A stretch of 64,000 nucleotides of DNA, from positions 1 through 64,000 of IMG/VR virus record IMGVR_UViG_3300044995_000369; one strand, written 5' to 3'. Below, piece by piece: positions 57,553 to 64,000 of the stretch. The DNA is from a virus. Below the pieces are notes generated by a model. The model ran no database searches and was not told the DNA's origin. It was given only the letters and a program-made list of their open reading frames with translations. Each line of letters opens with the position of its first letter. Positions within the stretch are counted from its first letter, which is position 1. Both the position numbers and the translations under genes were made by a program.

Positions 57553-59205
57553 TTAGTCCAACTTACTTCCAGGTGTTTGCTCACCATACTGGTTTGAAGG
57601 ATTTACAGATCTGTAGGAGGAATCTCTACCCTTTGAAAGAATAAACTCTTTGATTTCCTTTTTCTCTTCTTCTGTTAGAGGCTTTTCACCTATTCTGTCT
57701 AACAAACGACTGGGAGGTATAACGTAGGCATTCACGAGATTGGTTAGCTGGTTTACGTAAGCAATATATTTCGTTCTATCTATTTCTACCAACCTCACTT
57801 TGAGAGGCATCTCTTCAAAATAGCTACCTCCCATACCAACCCAAATGTCCCTTAGTATTTCCTCCTCTAGCTTCTCAGCAACCAAATTACAGGTCATCCA
57901 TATAATATCGTTAGAGGAAGCTTCGATTGCTTCCCCTGCTTGTCTTCCAGCAGAACCTCCATCTCCTAACAATAGCGCAGCAGTGTCCATACTCCTGGTG
58001 ATTCTTTGAGATAAGTAATCAACGAACTTGTCCAAAGGGATATTTGATCCATTAGGATATTTCAGCTCTATCTTTAGTCTATTACTACCCACGATAAATC
58101 CAATTGATTCCATGTTATCTATCGCGGTACGAGTTCTTTCTATCTCAGCATCTGCTTCTTCTTGGGAAAGGTTTTCACAATCAACAGTAGCTACTAAAAT
58201 AGGATGTCCATACTGCCATCCCAAAAATACTAGGTTTTCTTCAAGAATTCTCATATCTTCTATGTCGTTTATGGAAGGCATAGAAGGAGGCATTGATATT
58301 GGAGCATTCTTCTCTATGAAATATCTGAAATGAACTACATCTTTAGTGTCCAATTCCTCCCATGGGACAGGTTGTCCTATACCTCTGCCATAGTATCCGA
58401 GATACTGGAGATAAGTTCTTCCCATTTTATCTGAGGAAAGGAGGGAAGGGTAAAGACCAAGGTGTCTGTTCATGTTGTTGTAGGTGTCCTCAGACCAGGC
58501 TCTTGGGCGCAATCTCGGCTGTCTTATGTACTTTTCTATAGCATGAGTCTTGGGATCTACGATTACCCTATAAAAGAGAGGATCATCTGAAAGAATCCTA
58601 ACTAGTTTCCCAGAAGAGTTTCTATATTTCCTTACAAAGCTATTACCATAGGAATACACTTCCTTAAGTATGGTCTGAACGAGAGAAAGCCAAGTGATAT
58701 TGGATTCTTTAAGCACAAGTCTAACTGCATTTTTAAACTGCTCAGATTTGTCTTGAGAACCTTTAGCTGCTTTATATCTAGAGTTCTCTACAAGAGTCAT
58801 TTCACTTCTCATTGCCCTTGCAGTTGCCGTAACTACAAACTTCCTGAGAAGCCCCTCCTTTTCGTAGAACCTTTCTACCTTTGCTAAGTCATAGTCAGAA
58901 ATTAGAGTGTACCTTTTAGTATCTGGCCTTGAAAGATTTGAACCAAGAATACTCTTCCTGACTAGGTGTTGAGTGCCACTTTTAGGGGAATAAGTAATAT
59001 ATGCGTGAGGACCTTTCCTTTCTATTTCAGGTGAGGAGTTTTTGACAATATGTTTAGCTAACTCCAGTATGTACTCCCTAGTATCCTCAGCGGAAAGTGG
59101 AAAAGAGTCTAATTCAGTGCCCGGGTCTTTGGCTTTTGTTGTATTTCTGCTACTTGTTAACTTGTTTCTGGAGAACAAGTTACTTATTGTATCCTTTAGC
59201 CCCAT
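57553..59205 (-). CDS. Portal protein (550 aa)
   Basis: FYEKEGLLRK, YGNSFVRKYR, DVVHFRY, I.DI..MR.LEE and LLLGDG patterns. Lies between terminase and protease. Confidence 0.85.
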   Translation of the reverse strand: MGLKDTISNLFSRNKLTSSRNTTKAKDPGTELDSFPLSAEDTREYILELAKHIVKNSSPEIERKGPHAYITYSPKSGTQHLVRKSILGSNLSRPDTKRYTLISDYDLAKVERFYEKEGLLRKFVVTATARAMRSEMTLVENSRYKAAKGSQDKSEQFKNAVRLVLKESNITWLSLVQTILKEVYSYGNSFVRKYRNSSGKLVRILSDDPLFYRVIVDPKTHAIEKYIRQPRLRPRAWSEDTYNNMNRHLGLYPSLLSSDKMGRTYLQYLGYYGRGIGQPVPWEELDTKDVVHFRYFIEKNAPISMPPSMPSINDIEDMRILEENLVFLGWQYGHPILVATVDCENLSQEEADAEIERTRTAIDNMESIGFIVGSNRLKIELKYPNGSNIPLDKFVDYLSQRITRSMDTAALLLGDGGSAGRQAGEAIEASSNDIIWMTCNLVAEKLEEEILRDIWVGMGGSYFEEMPLKVRLVEIDRTKYIAYVNQLTNLVNAYVIPPSRLLDRIGEKPLTEEEKKEIKEFILSKGRDSSYRSVNPSNQYGEQTPGSKLD

Positions 59206-59227
59206 ATATTATGATACCCCATAGTTG

Positions 59228-61861
59228 CTATTTGAAACTCTTAAGATTCTCGACCATATTTAGAACACCTGAAAGTATTTCCTCTCTGCTTTTTGAAACA
59301 TCTATTCTATTTACCGGATCAGAACCAGCAGAAAAGAACTCATCAACGGGGGCATCTGCTGGAACTAAGTTCAAACCATTTCTCTTCTCAATTAGCTGAA
59401 TGAAGCCAATTTTGATTGCTTCTGAAAATATTGGAAAACTGTTGGTTGTATCTCCACCATTTACTGCACTTTTGTAATCTTCTATAACTTCTTTCCTGGT
59501 GTCTGGGAAAACTTCATTTCCATTGACATCAACCACTCTATTGCCTATTAGTTCCAGATCAGGGGTAGGAAAACTAGAAACACCAGAGCCTGCTTTGGGA
59601 GGAATTACCCCAACTGTGAGAGTCTGAGGAGCAGGTCCTTGTTCTTGATCTTCTAGCTTATCCATGATTGCTTTAGCGACATTTTCTGGGGGATAGCAAT
59701 CTCCAATTCCTGTTAATAAATCAATCAAAAGCCTTATAAGTTCCTGGAGCTTCAGTAAAAAGGCCATTTTGAATCCAGATATCCTGAAATTGCCAAGTAG
59801 TTCTACATTCCTCGCAGTATATGGAATTATTTCCATACTCCACTTTTTGATAAGATCATATATCCATTTAATCCCACAATGAATCATCCCTAGAAAATCA
59901 GCTACGCCAAAGCAATTATCGTTCAGTAATGCTTTCAGTCTAGGTTGATTTTCTAGCTCCGTTAATGCATTGTCTATTGGGGCTAGTGCTATTGCTAAAA
60001 GAGTAACTAAGGACTGAGCTATACCTTTTTTCAGCAGTTCGAGCATTGTACCTAGCGGAAGGCCAAGTCCAGTAAACTCTATGCCCAGAGCTACCTCTGC
60101 ATTGAGAGCCTCGATAAGCTTTTCCAGAAGTTTAAGGAACTCTAATATTTTTTGCACATCTTTGTTGCTACCAAATTCTTGAGCATAATCAAATAGCTCT
60201 GCAATATCTTTGTCCGGGCAGGCTTTCTTGTATTTGATTAAGTTTCCTACAATGACTATTGTATAAACAACGCAGCAAAATGTTTTATCTGATGATAGAC
60301 CAGATAACATTTTTGCGCTGACCACTGTCTTCCTAAACTCGTTAAGTAGCAAACCAACATTATCGTCTATTGTTTTTACAACTTTGTATATAGATTTAAA
60401 TGGTTCCATTTCTGGTTCTTCTGAACCATCAAAATCTATGGTTGTTTCTTTGGCTTCTATTTTCCTAAGTTCATCTGTAAAGCTTGTATCTATGTTGTTC
60501 TTAAATGCGTTTAAAATATCATCCTGTGTAAGATTACCATAATTACTAAGCTTAGAGAATGGATTAGCTCCCTCTATATCTAAGCCACACTTTTTTCCTC
60601 TACTATTGAGTGTGAATGTTGCAGTATATTCATAGTTTTCATTAAAGGAGGACTTAAGGGTAGTAATACTAGTTCTGACCGATCTGGACACATTTATTGC
60701 ATCTGCTGCTTTTCCGGCATTATAGAAAGGAATATTAGAAGACCTATTTTCACTCAGAGTATCTGTTAGTGCTTGGTTTCTTACGAGAAGATACTGCATT
60801 AATGTGTTAGCTGCTTCTCTTTCTCTCGCGCTAAATTCAGAAGTCTCACAAGCAGAACAAGGCTTCCTTGTTCTATCCTTTCTTGGACTGTCTTCAAATG
60901 AATTTAAAATGTCGTTTACTCCTTGTTTGAAGCAGTCACCAAACCTAGGTATCGAGAAAGAAGCTTCAGCATCCTCTCCTGACGACCCACAGCTTTCCCA
61001 ATTTGGTTGGCAACAAGGAAGTATAGAAAACTGACTTTCAGTAGGGGTTTGTCCTGGTTTAAAACATTCGCCAGAAGTGCCGGTTCTGCAAGGAAACCCC
61101 AACGCAGATTTTAGGATCCTTTCTAACTCCCCTATAGGCTTGGCTATTTTGATCCCAAGGTTTACTCTGAATGGGCCTATCTTTATTTTTAGTTTATTTC
61201 TTAGATAGCAGCAAAGAAAACCTAAGGATGCATGGACAGCAAAAGCAACTATGAATCTGACCATAAAGAAAAACAACCAAAGGCCAGTTACTTTTGGACC
61301 GATATTCTTAGTTCTATTTTCAAAATCTCTTATCGGATTTCCATTAGTTGCTTCTTCTTTAGCTTTTTTGTATTCTGTATCTAAGTCGTTTACCTCTCCG
61401 TATAAACCAGCAAGTGTTGCTATACAATTAGCTTCACACTCTGTTAAGGATGTTCTACCTCTAGCTTCACCTAGTGCAGCACCTCTGTCTTCATCTGGTG
61501 CAACGTTAGTGAACTCTTCTGGAGTTTCTATAAGGTTATTCGCTATTTCTATGATATAGGTAGGAGCGCCTATTAGACTAAGGTCCATTTGGGAAATGAT
61601 CTTTTTTTGTAGAGCTATTGCTTCTGTTTCTACTACTATTGATCTATTAATGGCCCTATCAAGTATTTCATTTACCCATATAGAAAAGGGATCAACTCCT
61701 TGGACTGGTTCAGCAGCTTGAGCGCTTGGAGCTATTGTCGTAGGAACCTCTGCTTGTAAATTTTCTTGAGGGCTTGTTCCCGAAAGATTAGGTCTTTCTA
61801 TTTGATTATCTCTGATTATCGGAGATATTTCTGGTTTAACAAATATCTTACCCTTTGGCAT
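59228..61861 (-). CDS. Cys-rich hypothetical protein with a predicted transmembrane segment (877 aa)
   Basis: 19 Cys, a hydrophobic LWLFFFMVRFIVAFAVHASLGFLCC segment, and a TGATG overlap with terL. Confidence 0.75.
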   Translation of the reverse strand: MPKGKIFVKPEISPIIRDNQIERPNLSGTSPQENLQAEVPTTIAPSAQAAEPVQGVDPFSIWVNEILDRAINRSIVVETEAIALQKKIISQMDLSLIGAPTYIIEIANNLIETPEEFTNVAPDEDRGAALGEARGRTSLTECEANCIATLAGLYGEVNDLDTEYKKAKEEATNGNPIRDFENRTKNIGPKVTGLWLFFFMVRFIVAFAVHASLGFLCCYLRNKLKIKIGPFRVNLGIKIAKPIGELERILKSALGFPCRTGTSGECFKPGQTPTESQFSILPCCQPNWESCGSSGEDAEASFSIPRFGDCFKQGVNDILNSFEDSPRKDRTRKPCSACETSEFSAREREAANTLMQYLLVRNQALTDTLSENRSSNIPFYNAGKAADAINVSRSVRTSITTLKSSFNENYEYTATFTLNSRGKKCGLDIEGANPFSKLSNYGNLTQDDILNAFKNNIDTSFTDELRKIEAKETTIDFDGSEEPEMEPFKSIYKVVKTIDDNVGLLLNEFRKTVVSAKMLSGLSSDKTFCCVVYTIVIVGNLIKYKKACPDKDIAELFDYAQEFGSNKDVQKILEFLKLLEKLIEALNAEVALGIEFTGLGLPLGTMLELLKKGIAQSLVTLLAIALAPIDNALTELENQPRLKALLNDNCFGVADFLGMIHCGIKWIYDLIKKWSMEIIPYTARNVELLGNFRISGFKMAFLLKLQELIRLLIDLLTGIGDCYPPENVAKAIMDKLEDQEQGPAPQTLTVGVIPPKAGSGVSSFPTPDLELIGNRVVDVNGNEVFPDTRKEVIEDYKSAVNGGDTTNSFPIFSEAIKIGFIQLIEKRNGLNLVPADAPVDEFFSAGSDPVNRIDVSKSREEILSGVLNMVENLKSFK

Positions 61862-64000
61862 CAGATTTTTCTCCGACTTGGTACTCTTGACCTGCTTGCC
61901 CAGCCTATACCAAAGGATCTCGGTCTAGAAGAATCATGTCCGCTAACGTGGACTGGCAGTGTTACCATTCCCATTTGTTTCATTTCTTGCTTTAGCAACT
62001 TAGATTTATTTTCTTTGTCGTTATCCATGGTGGAAAGGAGTGTCCTTTTTGTCAATACTTTTTGTTTAAGAATATCGGCATTAGTAGGAGTCCATAAATC
62101 AACAGCTGATTTATAAATGTCTACAGGGCCTTCTAAATTCTTTCTTATCACTTTTTTGTTATCTTCTTTGACTATATGATAATTTCCTGATTTGAGGAAG
62201 TATACATACACAGCTAGCATTGCTGAAGCAAATTTGTGCAAATTGACTTTACTGTAGACTGGATATCCATTACTAGATATCCTTTCTATCTTGACTGACT
62301 TAAGTTCGTTAATTAAAAGCTTTCTTTCTTTTTCAATATCTACTGGAGGAAGAGCTATTTTTTCAGACAACATTAGTCTTGTCATTACAGAGACCATAAA
62401 AACTTTAAGAGGAAGTTTAACCATTTCTTCAGTGGTGTTGTCTTTTTTCTTCACAGTTTCTATTTCATAGTTAAGATTGATGCTTTCTCCGAAGAATTCT
62501 GCAACTGGTATATATAAGATTTCTCCAAAATTAACTACCTCAAACCTGCCATTGAGCCATTTATATCTTTCCTGCTCTAATTTACTAGAAATGATTTCCA
62601 AAGATAAAGCACCATATCCTTTATCCAATCCAATACCTACTGGCTGATATTTTTCGCAAAGTTCGAACAGCTTATCTACTGCTGTCATTTGAGTGTAAAC
62701 AGGGTGTTCTATACTTATCACATCTTGGTAGATAATCCTTCCTGAAAGACCCGCGGGTTCCTTCCATATTGTTATTTTGGTGCCATTTGCTGCTATATTC
62801 CAATCAACACCTATGTAAGTATTTCCCGGCATTTGCTCAATTTGTTCTGAAGAAAGATACCTTTTACCTTGGTATAGAATTTGACCCTTTTCAAATAGAG
62901 CAACATCTCTTGCAACATCAACAGTTTCATCCGTAAATGCAGATGAACCAGCACTGACAAATTTTGCTTTGTATTCCCTGTCAAAAGAAGCTTCATCTGG
63001 AGCAAGCAACCTTGCCAGTTTTTCTTTTTCCGGAGTCCAGGTAGGGGACTCCATGGAAGTATGATGGGAATGTATTTCTGCGTTCTGGCAGAACTCATAA
63101 AACCAACCTTCTGCGCCTAAGGGAGTGGATTGTGCCCATATAAACAAATTATTTGCAGAAGTGAGTAGACCAGACAGAGCAGTGAATGCTTGTGGGGCTA
63201 TGAACGCAGTTTCATCAAAAAATAGCTTATCGCCTTTGGTACCACGAATTTGCTCCCAAGACTTCTTAGTTTGGGTGTGGAAGAACTTAATAGAACTCCC
63301 ATTTATAAGTTCTATTTTGGGGATAGCATCCTTACCCTTGAGGCCTCCGATGGCACTTTTTTGTGATCTATCTTCCTTTTTGACCATCGAAAGAAGTTCT
63401 TTATTTGTTTTAAGCATCCTTTCTACATAGTCGAATATGTCATTTAGATGCTTTTTTGTTGGAGCGTATACGACAACACTCAGGTTTTCTTCTGTAAATA
63501 TCTCCCACAATAACCTTCCTGACAAAACAACCGTGTTATGAGTGACCGTAAAACCATCTGTTATATAAGTATGGGATTGGTTGTTTACAGTGATACATCT
63601 AGATTGCTCTCTCCCAACTAACTTAACTGACACCAAAGATTTGAACTTTTTTGGATTTAGCACTATGCGGTAAATAGAGGATCCTTCAGAAGCAGTGGTA
63701 TGGATTCCTAGACTCCTAAAGTGACCTACCATAAAATAAAACTCACTTTTGTCTTTTGCAAATAAGACATCTTCTTTATCAAAAGAAGAGAAGTCAAAGT
63801 CGTAATGAAACTCTATTTCAAGCATCCTGTTAACTATAGGAGTTCCCCTGTACATATGCACGGGTTTACATAGAGGAATCTTTACGTCTTTTCTAGAGAT
63901 GAAATCTCTTAAAGGAAGTACTTCAGTTATATTTCCTTCTTCATCCGATAAAGCCCAAAGGTGTTCCAAACCACACCTTACTTTTGTATCGTCATCAAAA
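61861..64000 (-). CDS. terL: Terminase large subunit, partial (start beyond the right edge), intein-containing
   Basis: After the intein: T(VVL) completing Walker A, YAPT, IRG..GDKLFFDE (Walker B), QSTPLG, nuclease YIGVDW and IGLDKGYG. The frame is open to 64000. Confidence 0.92.
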   Translation of the reverse strand, partial: FDDDTKVRCGLEHLWALSDEEGNITEVLPLRDFISRKDVKIPLCKPVHMYRGTPIVNRMLEIEFHYDFDFSSFDKEDVLFAKDKSEFYFMVGHFRSLGIHTTASEGSSIYRIVLNPKKFKSLVSVKLVGREQSRCITVNNQSHTYITDGFTVTHNTVVLSGRLLWEIFTEENLSVVVYAPTKKHLNDIFDYVERMLKTNKELLSMVKKEDRSQKSAIGGLKGKDAIPKIELINGSSIKFFHTQTKKSWEQIRGTKGDKLFFDETAFIAPQAFTALSGLLTSANNLFIWAQSTPLGAEGWFYEFCQNAEIHSHHTSMESPTWTPEKEKLARLLAPDEASFDREYKAKFVSAGSSAFTDETVDVARDVALFEKGQILYQGKRYLSSEQIEQMPGNTYIGVDWNIAANGTKITIWKEPAGLSGRIIYQDVISIEHPVYTQMTAVDKLFELCEKYQPVGIGLDKGYGALSLEIISSKLEQERYKWLNGRFEVVNFGEILYIPVAEFFGESINLNYEIETVKKKDNTTEEMVKLPLKVFMVSVMTRLMLSEKIALPPVDIEKERKLLINELKSVKIERISSNGYPVYSKVNLHKFASAMLAVYVYFLKSGNYHIVKEDNKKVIRKNLEGPVDIYKSAVDLWTPTNADILKQKVLTKRTLLSTMDNDKENKSKLLKQEMKQMGMVTLPVHVSGHDSSRPRSFGIGWASRSRVPSRRKI
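63535..64000 (-). mobile_element. Intein in terL (Walker A site) with a degenerate endonuclease, partial
   Basis: Block B FDDDTKVRCGLEHLW at the edge, block F/G RCITVNNQSHTYITDGFTVTHN followed by Thr. Only ~150 aa from block B to the C-terminus. Confidence 0.88.

Noticed and set aside
44296-63430. Plus-strand ORFs such as 45504-46076, 48248-48928 and 53993-54574
   Set aside because: They are antisense to tube, sheath and decoration genes and are explained by codon bias of the real genes.
63969-63969. Track start codon (TTG) for the terminase ORF
   Set aside because: It lies inside intein block B. The frame continues past the window edge, so the true start is outside the window.
1-64000. Stop-codon reassignment, as seen in some large phages
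   Set aside because: TAA, TAG and TGA all end genes at tight junctions, and genes are long and uninterrupted under the standard code.

Overview
This window is a segment of a large, AT-rich contractile-tailed (myovirus-type, probably jumbo) bacteriophage genome. Almost all of it is the virion-morphogenesis region on the minus strand. Read from right to left it contains: terminase large subunit (runs off the right edge, carries a degenerate intein), an 877-aa Cys-rich protein, portal, a 237-aa unknown, prohead protease with a nested scaffold gene, a putative decoration protein, major capsid protein, neck/head-tail proteins, tail sheath, tail tube and a tube paralog. A plus-strand four-gene recombination/repair island (intein-containing bacterial-type RecA, family-4-like UDG, Rad52-like annealase, Cas4-like nuclease) then interrupts the tail operon. 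After it come a 1069-aa tube-domain protein, a 2729-aa orphan, an EEP-family nuclease/phosphatase, two tail-chaperone-like genes and a 2071-aa tape measure protein. Next is a 2676-aa protein carrying motifs of both catalytic barrels of two-barrel RNA polymerases (DFDGD plus a beta-like KR..GD..R.AG....K segment). Last is a >=3545-aa ORF missing from the ORF track because it runs off the left edge; it has a degenerate SNase domain, a transmembrane hairpin and a baseplate-hub-like region. The most notable candidate system is a tape-measure-coupled, single-chain virion RNA polymerase among giant, probably ejected proteins, while the structural genes carry host-type extended -10 promoters, several of them apparently leaderless. 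All family assignments come from motif recognition by eye and gene order; no searches were run.
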